Below are positions 44,806-54,367 of a stretch of 64,000 bases of DNA, one piece after another. The position numbers and the translations under genes were made by a program. The notes beneath the pieces were generated by a model. That model searched no databases and was not told where the DNA came from. It saw only the letters and a program-made list of their open reading frames with translations. Source of the stretch: Patescibacteria group bacterium (GTDB lineage: Bacteria; Patescibacteriota; Minisyncoccia; Phycocordibacterales; UBA9973); contig JAZJXT010000001.1 in NCBI GenBank assembly GCA_040390725.1, forward strand, positions 152,586 through 216,585, in the 5' to 3' direction. Numbering within the stretch: the stretch's first letter is position 1; each line of letters opens with the position of its first letter.

Positions 44806-45357
44806 ATGAAACAAGACATAAATAAAATAATAAAGATTTTAAAGTCTGGTGGGATGGGGGTGATGCCGACGGATACTTTATATGGGTTGGTGGGGAGCGC
44901 TTTGTCTAAAAAAACCGTAGAGAGAATTTATAAAATAAAAGGGCGGAATGAAAAGAAGCCTTTGATAATTTTAATTTCTGGTTTTGAGGACTTTGTTAGT
45001 TTTGGGTTAAATATTTCTAAATTTGTTTGGCCGGAGAAAACATCTATTATTTTTTCTTGTCCGAAAACAAAATTAAAAAAGTTCTTATATTTACACAGGG
45101 GCACAGGTGACTTGGCATTTAGATTGCCGGCAAAAAAATCATTGATTGAAATTTTGAAAAAGACGGGTCCGCTGGTGGTGCCCAGTGTGAATCCGGAAGG
45201 TTTGCCTCCGGCGAAAAATATTAAAGAAGCACAAAAATATTTCGGAGAAAAAATGGATTTTTATTTGGATAGTGGAACTTTAAAATCAGAACCATCGACT
45301 TTAATTAGAGTTAATAAGAGTGGGGAAATAGAAGTGTTGCGTGGTATACTCAAGTAA
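44806..45357 (+). CDS. tsaC: L-threonylcarbamoyladenylate synthase (YrdC/TsaC-type)
   Basis: GGMGVMPTDTLYGLVGSA....V.RIYKIKGR...KPLIILIS is the YrdC/Sua5 signature; 183 aa (YrdC-only form). Confidence 0.7.
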   Translation: MKQDINKIIKILKSGGMGVMPTDTLYGLVGSALSKKTVERIYKIKGRNEKKPLIILISGFEDFVSFGLNISKFVWPEKTSIIFSCPKTKLKKFLYLHRGTGDLAFRLPAKKSLIEILKKTGPLVVPSVNPEGLPPAKNIKEAQKYFGEKMDFYLDSGTLKSEPSTLIRVNKSGEIEVLRGILK

Positions 45358-45366
45358 TAAAATAAT

Positions 45367-46260
45367 ATGATAAAAGAAATTAAAATTTTTACAGCAAAAA
45401 ATTGGGTAGTATCGTCTGATTATGAAATGCTTGATACTGGTGAGGGCGAGAAGCTTGAAAAATTTGGGCAGCATGTTTTAGTGCGACCGTATGAAGACGC
45501 CGTATGGAATAAAACTTTGCCGGTTAAGGAATGGGATAAAAATGACGGAAAATTCTACAGTTCAAAAGGCGGGTCAAAAGCAGGGTGGAAAATGAGTAAA
45601 AAAATAAATGAGAAATTTGAAATGTCATACAATGGCGTGAAATTCTGGGCTATGCCTACGCCTTTTCGGCATTTAGGGTTTTTCCCGGAACAAGCAAGTC
45701 ATTGGGACTTTATTGAAAATAAAATTAAAGAAGCAGAAAAACCTGTGAAGTTTTTAAATCTTTTCGGCTACACCGGCGTAGCGAGTTTGTTTGCATTGAG
45801 TGCAGGGGCGGAAGTCACGCATATTGATGCTTCGAAAAGTTCCTTGGCGTGGCTAAAAGAAAATCAAAATCTGGCAGGACTGGACGATATGCCGATGCGA
45901 ATTATTTTAGACGACGTGATGAAATTTTTAGAAAGAGAAATAAAACGCGGAAATAAATATGATGCTGTCATAATGGACCCGCCGAAATTCGGCCGTGGAC
46001 CAAAAGGTGAGACTTGGAAAATAGAAGAAAATCTAGCGAAACTTTTAAATAATGTAAAAAGAGTTTTATCTGACAAACCGCTTTTTGTAATTTTAAATTC
46101 TTATGCGATAGATGCATCATCACTCTCGCTCGGTTATGCATTGGAAAATGCAATGATGGAAATGAAAGGTGAAGTTTCTTGCGGGGAATTGTGTTTATTG
46201 GAAAAATCAAAAGGTAGAAATATCCCACTTTCAAATACCGCTATTTGGGAAGCTAAATAA
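45367..46260 (+). CDS. Class I SAM-dependent methyltransferase (RlmI/YccW-like rRNA MTase family)
   Basis: FLNLFGYTGVASLFA...HIDAS, ..DAVIMDPPKFGRGPKGE.W fit the COG1092-type MTase fold motifs. Confidence 0.6.
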   Translation: MIKEIKIFTAKNWVVSSDYEMLDTGEGEKLEKFGQHVLVRPYEDAVWNKTLPVKEWDKNDGKFYSSKGGSKAGWKMSKKINEKFEMSYNGVKFWAMPTPFRHLGFFPEQASHWDFIENKIKEAEKPVKFLNLFGYTGVASLFALSAGAEVTHIDASKSSLAWLKENQNLAGLDDMPMRIILDDVMKFLEREIKRGNKYDAVIMDPPKFGRGPKGETWKIEENLAKLLNNVKRVLSDKPLFVILNSYAIDASSLSLGYALENAMMEMKGEVSCGELCLLEKSKGRNIPLSNTAIWEAK

Positions 46261-46264
46261 TTAT

Positions 46265-46774
46265 TTATTTTTTAGATTTTAAATCTGAGATTTCTTGCAT
46301 CAAGTCACGCAGGCTGTTTTCAATTTTTGAAAAAATTTCTTTTTGTTTTTCTTCGTCTTTTTGTTCTTCACTGCTAGCTTCTTCTATTTCCTCCACGTCT
46401 TCCTGAATCTCTCCCATGTCTTCTTGGATCTCATCGACGTCTTTCTGAATTTCCTCCACGTCTTCCTGAATCTCCCCGATGTCTTCGGAGACTTCTTCGA
46501 GGTCTTCACCTTGTTTGTTGACAGTCATTTGAATAAAAATAGCAAGGTAAATCGCTTCCAAGGAAACCATTGTATTAAAAATAAGTATAACCTTGTCAAA
46601 TCCTATTCCTGAAAAAGTCAGTATGACCATTATGCTAAAAAAAATGGTATGCACAATGAGCGACTCTGTAGAGCCGATCCATTTTACGATCTTGTCTGAC
46701 GCCCTTTCTATTTTTTTTTGACGGTCTTTTGATGTCATATATATAAAATAAAACCCCCTTCGGGTCATTTCCAT
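46265..46774 (-). CDS. DUF1003-like membrane protein with a C-terminal acidic tandem-repeat tail
   Basis: Core ...GFDKVILIFNTMVSLEAIYLAIFIQMTVNKQGE resembles the DUF1003 paralog at 25079-25549; the tail is EDIGEIQEDVEEIQKDVDEIQEDMGEIQEDVEEIEE. Confidence 0.45.
   Translation of the reverse strand: MEMTRRGFYFIYMTSKDRQKKIERASDKIVKWIGSTESLIVHTIFFSIMVILTFSGIGFDKVILIFNTMVSLEAIYLAIFIQMTVNKQGEDLEEVSEDIGEIQEDVEEIQKDVDEIQEDMGEIQEDVEEIEEASSEEQKDEEKQKEIFSKIENSLRDLMQEISDLKSKK
46370..46510. repeat. Tandem 27-nt coding repeats (E[ED][IVM].EIQED units)
   Basis: tcctccacgtcttcctgaatctc... recurs at least four times on the plus strand. Confidence 0.7.
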
Positions 46775-46786
46775 TATAGCACAGAT

Positions 46787-47380
46787 ATGGTATACTTTGG
46801 CAATATGGAAAATATAAAAACTGTGGAAATAAAAAAAGAAAATAAATTTATCAAGTGGGCTTTAATTTTTGGGATAGTTGTCGTTTTGAATTTATTTTTT
46901 AATTATGCGGTGGCGCTAGTTTATAAACAGCCGGTTTATGAGGATTATTTTCGTGCTGAGCAAATAGTGGAGCCTATTATAAATAAAGAAGATTGCGTGA
47001 AAGTCGGTGGGCAGTGGACAGAGCAGAATTATACATATTATGACAAGACTGCCCCAATGCCTGTGAGCCCTGACGGTAAGCCGATAAAAGGATATTGTGA
47101 TCCGAATTTCACTAAGCAACAAGAATTTAATTCTGCGCAAAAAATTTACGATAGAAATGTTTTTATTACATTAGTTATTCTAGGTGTCATATCTCTTGCA
47201 ATAGGATTATTTACAAGTATTGAACTTCTCTCGACTGCGCTTTCTTTTGGCGGAGTACTTTCATTTATTATTGCATCTTCGAGGTATTGGTCATCAGCGG
47301 ATAATTTAATAAAAGTTATAATTTTAGCAATCGCATTAGCAGCTCTCATCTGGCTCGCAGTTAAAAAATTCGGGAAATAA
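46787..47380 (+). CDS. Hypothetical membrane protein
   Basis: 197 aa with N- and C-terminal TM segments. Confidence 0.4.
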   Translation: MVYFGNMENIKTVEIKKENKFIKWALIFGIVVVLNLFFNYAVALVYKQPVYEDYFRAEQIVEPIINKEDCVKVGGQWTEQNYTYYDKTAPMPVSPDGKPIKGYCDPNFTKQQEFNSAQKIYDRNVFITLVILGVISLAIGLFTSIELLSTALSFGGVLSFIIASSRYWSSADNLIKVIILAIALAALIWLAVKKFGK

Positions 47381-47434
47381 AAAACAGGACACGCGCTGGG
47401 GCTGTGTCCTGTGATTGGGATGGATAAGGTGAGA

Positions 47435-47890
47435 TTAAAGGTGGATAATTTCTACCATTACTCCTGAAAAAGGAAATGGAAAAGATGATGACGATTCGTG
47501 TTCTGGGGAAAGGTAAACGACCTTAAACCCTTCACGAATTCCAAAACCCGATGTTTTGGAGGGTTCAGATTTAACACTTTCCCATAGTAGATTTTTTAGT
47601 GCTTCTGCCTGTCTCTCAATCTTACTAAGTTTTTTTTCCTCCTTACTGCCGACCTTAAACCGTGATGCATTTGCATCTTCAAAGATTTTTTTAGCCTCTT
47701 TTGTTTTTTGTTCAATAAGAGAATAAATTACTTTTTCAAATACAGACATCTCCCTGACAAATTCCTCACCGTCTTGGGTTTCACTGTCGGGACTAATAAA
47801 AGGGGTTTGCTCGCTTTCCTCAAATGTGAGGATTTCATAAAGCAGGGTGCCTTTCGTCACCCATTCTGGCAATACTAAGTTTTTTTGCAT
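47435..47890 (-). CDS. Hypothetical protein
   Basis: ORF of 151 aa. Confidence 0.35.
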   Translation of the reverse strand: MQKNLVLPEWVTKGTLLYEILTFEESEQTPFISPDSETQDGEEFVREMSVFEKVIYSLIEQKTKEAKKIFEDANASRFKVGSKEEKKLSKIERQAEALKNLLWESVKSEPSKTSGFGIREGFKVVYLSPEHESSSSFPFPFSGVMVEIIHL

Positions 47891-47920
47891 AGAACTAAAT
47901 AAAATTTAAATTTGAACCCA

Positions 47921-47941
47921 TACTACTACTACTACTACTAC
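47921..47941. repeat. (TAC)7 trinucleotide microsatellite in a divergent intergenic region
   Basis: tactactactactactactac read directly, between the 47435-47890 (-) gene and leuS (+). Confidence 0.85.
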
Positions 47942-48028
47942 CTATTGTCAAGTTTTAAATAACACACAATTAGCGTATAATCAAAATACCTTTATTTAAA
48001 GGACTAAATTTAATTTTTACGAAAAATA

Positions 48029-50434
48029 ATGAAAAATTACGATCATAAAATAATTGAAAAAAAGTGGCAGGAGGAATGGGATAAGAATAAAATTTACAAA
48101 GTCGCTGATGAAGTAAAAGGCAAAGAAAATTTCTATCAGCTTGTGGAATTTACTTATCCTTCGGGCAATTTGCACGTGGGGCATTGGTATGCTTTTTCTG
48201 TGCCGGATATTTTTGCTCGTTATAAAAGAATGAGCGGATACAATGTTCTTTACCCGATGGGTTTTGATGCTTTTGGTTTGCCTGCGGAAAATGCGGCGAT
48301 AAAACTCGGCGCGGATCCTAAAATTTGGACTTATGAACATATGGATAAAATGCGTTTACAGCTTCGCTCTATGGGCGCGTCTTTTGATTGGGAAAGGGAA
48401 GTTGTCACTTGTGATCCGAAATATTACAAATGGACGCAATGGATGTTTAATCAATTTTTGAAAAATGATTTGGCGTATCGAGATACTACGAAAGTAAATT
48501 GGTGTCCGAAAGATATGACGATACTTGCAAATGAGCAGGTGACCGACGGTAAATGTGAACGCTGTGGTAATGAGGTAGAGCAACGCGATCAAGAACAGTG
48601 GATGTTGCGCATTTCAAAATACGCGGATAGATTGATAGATGACCTTGATGCTTTAGACTGGCCTCTTGAAATAAAATCCGCGCAGAAAAATTGGATTGGC
48701 AGGAGCGAGGGGAGCGAGATTGAATTTGAGGTTCACCCCCACCCAGCCTCCCCCTTAGCTAAGGGGGAGGTGCCGAAGGCGGAGGGGGTGCGAGTTTTCA
48801 CAACAAGAGCTGATACTCTTTTTGGTGTTAGTTATATTGCAATTGCGCCGGAGCATGAATTAATTTTAAAATTAAAAGATAAAATTGAAAATTATGATGA
48901 AGTAGAAAAATATATTTCAGATACTAAAAAGAAATCTGAACTTGATCGACAGCAATCCAAAGAAAAAACAGGAGTGGAATTAAAAGGAATAAAAGCTATA
49001 AATCCGGCAACTGGCGAATGGCTTTCTGTTTGGACTGCGGACTATGTTTTGGCAGGTTATGGCACAGGTGCAGTGATGGGAGTACCTCAACATGATGAGA
49101 GGGATAATGCTTTTGCTGTAAAATATAATTTACCAATAATTGATAAACCCTTAGTTGATGCAAAAGAAGTTACAGAAAAAGTCGGTGGGAAATTAGTCAG
49201 CACATATAGGTTGCGTGATTGGGGGATTTCTCGGCAGAGGTATTGGGGCGTACCTATACCGATAGTTTACGATACTGAAGGCAAAGCGCATCCGGTGCCG
49301 GATGAACATTTGCCTTGGCTGTTGCCGACAGATGTAGACCACAAGCCTTCGGGTGTCGCTCCTCTTTCAAAGAGTAAAGAACTTTTAGAAAGAACAGAAA
49401 AAATATTTGGAAAAGGCTGGCGTCCGGAAGTCGAAACGATGGATACATTCGTGGATTCTTCTTGGTATTTTTACAGATACTTGGATAATAATAATGACAA
49501 AGAATTTTCCGCAAAAGAAAAAATGGAATCTTGGATGCCGGTTGATTTATATATGGGCGGAGCGGAGCACACCACGATGCATTTACTTTATTCTCGTTTT
49601 TGGGTAAAGGCTTTGTTTGATTTAGGTTTGGTAAAAGATGCCGAGGCGTATAAAGTGCGCAAGAACCGCGGACTTATTTTAGGACCGGATGGAAATAAAA
49701 TGTCCAAGTCAAAAGGCAATGTCATAGATCCGGATGAAATAGTGGACAGGCTCGGCGCTGATACTGTGCGTTTATATTTGGCATTTATGGGTCCGTACGG
49801 AGTGACGGTGAATTATCCTTGGGATCCAAATGGCGTCGTCGGCGTGAGGAGATTCTTAGAAAGGGTTTGGAAGTTGGCAGAAAGAATTACAGCGAAGCCA
49901 GCAAAGGATTTTGGAGCCTTCGCCCTCGGAGACATAGGACAGGGAACCCATGACTCTAAAAATTCTTTGCTGGCTTCGCAATCAAAACTTCTGCATAAAA
50001 CAATCAAAAGCATAAGTGAAGATATGGAGGAACATAAATATAATACTTGTATTTCTAAAATGATGATTCTTTTAAATAGTTTTGATAAAGAAGAAAAAGT
50101 TTCAACAGAAGACTTTAAAACTTTCTTGTGTTTGCTTGCGCCGTTTGCTCCACATATAGCCGAAGAGCTTTGGACAGAGCTTGGTGAAAAAGAAAGCATA
50201 CATCTTTCCCTATGGCCGAAGTATGATGAAAACTTAATTAAAGATGATGAAATAAAAATCGCTGTGCAGGTGAATGGTAAAGTCAGGGGAGAGATAACTA
50301 TCAGCGTGGATGAAAATGAAGAAGAAATAAAAAATAAAGGATTGGCAGATGAAAATGTCGCCCGACATCTCGCCAGCAAGGAAATAAAAAAAGTTATTTA
50401 TGTGAAAGGTAGGCTCATAAGTATTGTGGTTTAA
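48029..50434 (+). CDS. leuS: Leucine--tRNA ligase
   Basis: HIGH-region motif HVGHWYAF, KMSKSKGN, the CP1 editing domain and the anticodon-binding domain; 801 aa. Confidence 0.95.
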   Translation: MKNYDHKIIEKKWQEEWDKNKIYKVADEVKGKENFYQLVEFTYPSGNLHVGHWYAFSVPDIFARYKRMSGYNVLYPMGFDAFGLPAENAAIKLGADPKIWTYEHMDKMRLQLRSMGASFDWEREVVTCDPKYYKWTQWMFNQFLKNDLAYRDTTKVNWCPKDMTILANEQVTDGKCERCGNEVEQRDQEQWMLRISKYADRLIDDLDALDWPLEIKSAQKNWIGRSEGSEIEFEVHPHPASPLAKGEVPKAEGVRVFTTRADTLFGVSYIAIAPEHELILKLKDKIENYDEVEKYISDTKKKSELDRQQSKEKTGVELKGIKAINPATGEWLSVWTADYVLAGYGTGAVMGVPQHDERDNAFAVKYNLPIIDKPLVDAKEVTEKVGGKLVSTYRLRDWGISRQRYWGVPIPIVYDTEGKAHPVPDEHLPWLLPTDVDHKPSGVAPLSKSKELLERTEKIFGKGWRPEVETMDTFVDSSWYFYRYLDNNNDKEFSAKEKMESWMPVDLYMGGAEHTTMHLLYSRFWVKALFDLGLVKDAEAYKVRKNRGLILGPDGNKMSKSKGNVIDPDEIVDRLGADTVRLYLAFMGPYGVTVNYPWDPNGVVGVRRFLERVWKLAERITAKPAKDFGAFALGDIGQGTHDSKNSLLASQSKLLHKTIKSISEDMEEHKYNTCISKMMILLNSFDKEEKVSTEDFKTFLCLLAPFAPHIAEELWTELGEKESIHLSLWPKYDENLIKDDEIKIAVQVNGKVRGEITISVDENEEEIKNKGLADENVARHLASKEIKKVIYVKGRLISIVV
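48747..48770. repeat. Perfect 24-bp GC-rich palindrome (cctcccccttagctaagggggagg) inserted in frame in leuS
   Basis: It encodes part of HPHPASPLAKGEVPKAEGVR, which replaces about 8 residues in the E. coli enzyme between EFEV and VFTTR. Confidence 0.7.
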
Positions 50435-50488
50435 AATATCTTTATGATATAATCACCTAAGTTATAAATTAATATTTTTAATAAATTT

Positions 50489-52585
50489 ATGGTATCAAAT
50501 ATTTTAGATAGAATTTCTTTTTGGGCTTTGTTTGCAGTCATTACATTATTACCGATTTTCTTTTTACCCTTTACAAGTGTTCCCATTGAGACTTCAAAGG
50601 GCTTGCTCTTGATTGTCGGACTTTCTTTGTCTATTATTTTTTGGGCTGCTGCGAGGTTTTCTGATGGGAAAATTATTTTACCTAAATCTAGAATTTTAGT
50701 TGCCGGGCTTGGTATCGTTTTGGCTTTTCTTATTTCAGCTCTTTTTTCTCCGGTTATGAAAGTTTCTTTTTTTGGTGCGATGCTCGATACCGGAACTTTT
50801 TACTTTATGCTTTCTGCCTTTCTCTTGATGCTTGCTTCCGCATTGGTGATGAAAAGTGAAAGAAATACAAGAATGATTGTCTTGGGAACCTTAGCTTCTT
50901 TTGCTGTTTTATTTGTTTTTCAAATTTTACGTTTATTTATGCCTCAAACATTTGCACTCGGAGTTTTAGGCGCAAAGACAGATAATATTTTGGGTTCATG
51001 GAATGCTCTTGGAATGTTTGCAGGATTCGGAGCTGTTACATCTCTTTTTTCTTTAGAATTTTTTGAGCTTGGTAAGGAATTTAAAATACTTCTAGGTTCT
51101 CTTTTGGTCTTGGCATTATTTTTAATTGCTGCTGTTAATTTTTCTTTGGTATGGGCTATACTGGGAGTATTTTCTTTATTTATTTTTGTTTACAAAGTTT
51201 CTTTCTCGGGTAAAGTTCACAGAGAGGGCGAGCCTAGGAGCTTCCCATTAGTTTCATTCGCTGTTGCCATGCTTTCAATTGTATTTTTTATGTCTGGTAA
51301 TTTCCTCGGAGCATATTTACCAAATAGCTTGGGAGTTTCCAATCTTGAAATCAGGCCTTCTTTTACAGCTACTATGATGGTATCAAGAGATGTCTTGGCT
51401 CACAACCCTGTTTTAGGGGCAGGCCCTAATAGATTTCCTGAAATGTGGGCTATGCATAAGCCATTGGTAGTAAATGCTACAAATTTCTGGGATAGTTATT
51501 TCGATTCTGGTATGGGTGTGTTGCCGACATTTATCATCACGACCGGAGGCCTCGGCATTATTTCTTTTCTTATATTTTTCGTGTTATTTTTTATAGCCGG
51601 AGTAAAATGTCTTTTTTATTCTCCTAAGAATAATGCAGTGAACAGCACATCCATGTTGTTATTTTTCTCCGCTTTTTATTTATTCGTTGCATCCTTCTTT
51701 TATTCCACAGGTCCGGCGATATTTCTTTTAGCTTTTGCTTTTACGGGAGCTTTCATTGGAGTTTTTTGGTCAAATAAAACAAATGGATATGCTACTTTTT
51801 CTTTTTTGGATGATCCGCGTAAAAGTTTCTTTTCGATTCTTTTGCTTGTTATCATCATGGCCGTATGTGTAGCTGTTGGCTTTAAATATATAGAGCGTTT
51901 TGCCTCTGTTGCATATTTCCAAAAAACATTTTCTGCTCAGTCCGTAGATGAAGCAGAATTGAATATAAATAAAGCCTTGGCTCTAGTTTCAAATGATTTA
52001 TACCTACGAGCTTATTCACAAGTTTACATTGCTAAAATGAATTCTTTGGTTGCAAAAGGCGCATCTTTGTCTGAGACTGAAAAAGCCGACTTGCGATCTA
52101 GTTTTGAAAATGCAGTTTCAGGTGCTCAATCTGCAATAACTTATGACAAGACTAATTATTTAAACTACAATGCTCTCGGTGGTGTTTATGAAGTCGTTGC
52201 TCCACTAGGCGTAGATGGTGCTTATGATAAAGCCTTTGAAGCGTACAAGAATGCATCAGACCTTAATCCATTTAATCCAGGGTTAAAGCTTTCTCTTGCT
52301 CGTGTTTCTTTTGCAAATAAAAAAGTACAAGATGCAAAAGATTATGCCAATCAAGCTCTCACCTTAAAGCCTGATTACCTCGATGCCTTAATAGTTCTTT
52401 CACAGCTGGCTAGGGGTGAGGGAAATATGAATGATGCATTGTCTTATGCAGAGTCTGCGCTCTCTGTTGCTCCACAAAGTCAACAATTAATAGAATACGT
52501 TAACAGTTTAAAAAATCTCGTATCTATCTCTGCTGTGCCACCAACAATTACCAATGTTACAAAAACTACCGCTAAAAAGAAATAA
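50489..52585 (+). CDS. Polytopic membrane protein (O-antigen ligase/polymerase-like) with C-terminal TPR-like repeats
   Basis: About 12 TM helices over roughly 450 aa, then a helical-repeat C-terminus (AYKNASDLNPFNPGLKLSLARV..., ALTLKPDYLDALIVLSQLARGEGN...). The family assignment is by architecture only. Confidence 0.4.
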   Translation: MVSNILDRISFWALFAVITLLPIFFLPFTSVPIETSKGLLLIVGLSLSIIFWAAARFSDGKIILPKSRILVAGLGIVLAFLISALFSPVMKVSFFGAMLDTGTFYFMLSAFLLMLASALVMKSERNTRMIVLGTLASFAVLFVFQILRLFMPQTFALGVLGAKTDNILGSWNALGMFAGFGAVTSLFSLEFFELGKEFKILLGSLLVLALFLIAAVNFSLVWAILGVFSLFIFVYKVSFSGKVHREGEPRSFPLVSFAVAMLSIVFFMSGNFLGAYLPNSLGVSNLEIRPSFTATMMVSRDVLAHNPVLGAGPNRFPEMWAMHKPLVVNATNFWDSYFDSGMGVLPTFIITTGGLGIISFLIFFVLFFIAGVKCLFYSPKNNAVNSTSMLLFFSAFYLFVASFFYSTGPAIFLLAFAFTGAFIGVFWSNKTNGYATFSFLDDPRKSFFSILLLVIIMAVCVAVGFKYIERFASVAYFQKTFSAQSVDEAELNINKALALVSNDLYLRAYSQVYIAKMNSLVAKGASLSETEKADLRSSFENAVSGAQSAITYDKTNYLNYNALGGVYEVVAPLGVDGAYDKAFEAYKNASDLNPFNPGLKLSLARVSFANKKVQDAKDYANQALTLKPDYLDALIVLSQLARGEGNMNDALSYAESALSVAPQSQQLIEYVNSLKNLVSISAVPPTITNVTKTTAKKK

Positions 52586-52606
52586 TAATTTATAAGTTTG
52601 CACTGA

Positions 52607-54286
52607 ATGGAAAAAATTTTTAGACTTTTCAATAAGGAGTTTCGTAATGTACATCAGGCTGCGCTTCTTTTAGGTCTCTTTACTCTTTGTTCGCAAGTGC
52701 TAGGCCTTTTGAGGGATCGTTCCATCGCGCACTTCATAGGTCCTACTCCGGAGCTCGATTCATATTACGCGGCATTTAGAATTCCTGATTTGATTTTTAT
52801 TTCCATTGCATCACTTGCATCTATCACAGTATTGATTCCTTTTATAGCCAGCAAGATGTCAGGGGATAATGTTACAAAAGAAGCCAAGAAATTCTTGAAT
52901 GATGTTTTTACTGTTTTTTTTATTGCGATGATTTTTGTTTCTGTTTTGGCTTTTTTATTGATGCCATATCTTGCGCACTTAATTGCACCTGGTTTTTCAA
53001 TAGTAATGCAATCTAAAGTAATTTTGCTTTCTCGTGTGATGCTCCTTTCTCCGATTCTTATGGGGCTTTCTAATCTTTTCGGTTCTATTACTCAGCTCTT
53101 TCATAAATTTTTTATTTATTCTTTGAGTCCGATTTTTTATAACCTTGGCATAATCGTCGGTGTTATTTTTCTTTATCCAGTTTTTGGTATTTATGGTTTG
53201 GCGTTTGGGGTAGTCCTAGGGGCATTGATGCATTTTTTAATTCAAGCTGTTGCTTCAGCGAGTTGTGGATTTGCGCCAAAGTTTTCTTTCTCAGTTGATT
53301 TTCCTGAGATAAAACGCGCTGTCTTGATTTCTCTACCTAGGACATTAGGACTGGCCTTCAATAGCATTGCTCTCATTGTTATAGTGGCTCTAGCTTCATT
53401 TTTAAAAGGCGGATCAATTTCTATTTTTAATTTCTCTTGGAATTTACAATCCGTGCCTTTAAATATCATAGGTATTTCTTATGCTGTGGCCGCATTTCCA
53501 ACTTTAGCAAAAGCACATGGAGATGGAAAATATGATGATTTTAAAAATCATTTACGTTCTGCTGGGCGACAAATTGTTTTCTGGTCATTACCTGTCACAT
53601 TTTTATTTATAGTTCTACGCGCGCAGATCACGCGTGTCATTCTAGGCTCGGGTTCTTTTTCTTGGGAGAATACTCGGCTTGTCGCCGCATCACTCGCTAT
53701 TTTTTCTATTTCAGTTTTAGCACAAGGAATGATTGCTCTTTTGTCTCGTGCATATTATGCAAAAGGGGAGACAAAGCGTCCGCTCACTGTTAATTTTATT
53801 TGCTCTGTTTTAATTATTATTTTATCTTACTTATTTATTCATATTTTTGAAAATTTTGCTGGTTTTAGGTATTTTATAGAATCGATGTTAAAAGTTTCTG
53901 ATATACCAGGTACGGAAGTTTTGATGCTTCCACTTGCATATTCTGTCGGTACGATTTTAAATTTTATTTTGCATTTGGTTTTTATCAAGAAAGATTTTAT
54001 GGGACGCGAACCTTTTATAGCTAAAACTTTTTTCCAAAGCCTCGGCGCATCATTTTTCATTGGCCTAGTGTCTTACTTTTGTTTAAATATTCTTTCTCCG
54101 ATTTTTGGCACGACGACTTTCTGGGGAGTATTCTTACAAGGTTTTATTTCAGGAATTATAGGAATTTTTGCAGGACTTATTGTTTTGTATTTACTTAAAA
54201 ATGAAGAACTTAAAGAACTCCTAAAGACATTAAAAACAAAATTTTGGTTAGCCAAAATTATCGCTCCATCTCAAGAAGAATTGTAG
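52607..54286 (+). CDS. murJ: Lipid II flippase MurJ (MviN)
   Basis: N-terminus ...SQVLGLLRDRSIAHFIGPTPELDSYYAAFRIPDLIF... and about 14 TM helices. Confidence 0.8.
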   Translation: MEKIFRLFNKEFRNVHQAALLLGLFTLCSQVLGLLRDRSIAHFIGPTPELDSYYAAFRIPDLIFISIASLASITVLIPFIASKMSGDNVTKEAKKFLNDVFTVFFIAMIFVSVLAFLLMPYLAHLIAPGFSIVMQSKVILLSRVMLLSPILMGLSNLFGSITQLFHKFFIYSLSPIFYNLGIIVGVIFLYPVFGIYGLAFGVVLGALMHFLIQAVASASCGFAPKFSFSVDFPEIKRAVLISLPRTLGLAFNSIALIVIVALASFLKGGSISIFNFSWNLQSVPLNIIGISYAVAAFPTLAKAHGDGKYDDFKNHLRSAGRQIVFWSLPVTFLFIVLRAQITRVILGSGSFSWENTRLVAASLAIFSISVLAQGMIALLSRAYYAKGETKRPLTVNFICSVLIIILSYLFIHIFENFAGFRYFIESMLKVSDIPGTEVLMLPLAYSVGTILNFILHLVFIKKDFMGREPFIAKTFFQSLGASFFIGLVSYFCLNILSPIFGTTTFWGVFLQGFISGIIGIFAGLIVLYLLKNEELKELLKTLKTKFWLAKIIAPSQEEL

Positions 54287-54367
54287 ACCCAGAGCCTAAG
54301 GCTCTGATTATTAAGGCAGAATGATTTTATGTTATAATAAAAAAGAGCGAAATACCATCGCCATTTT

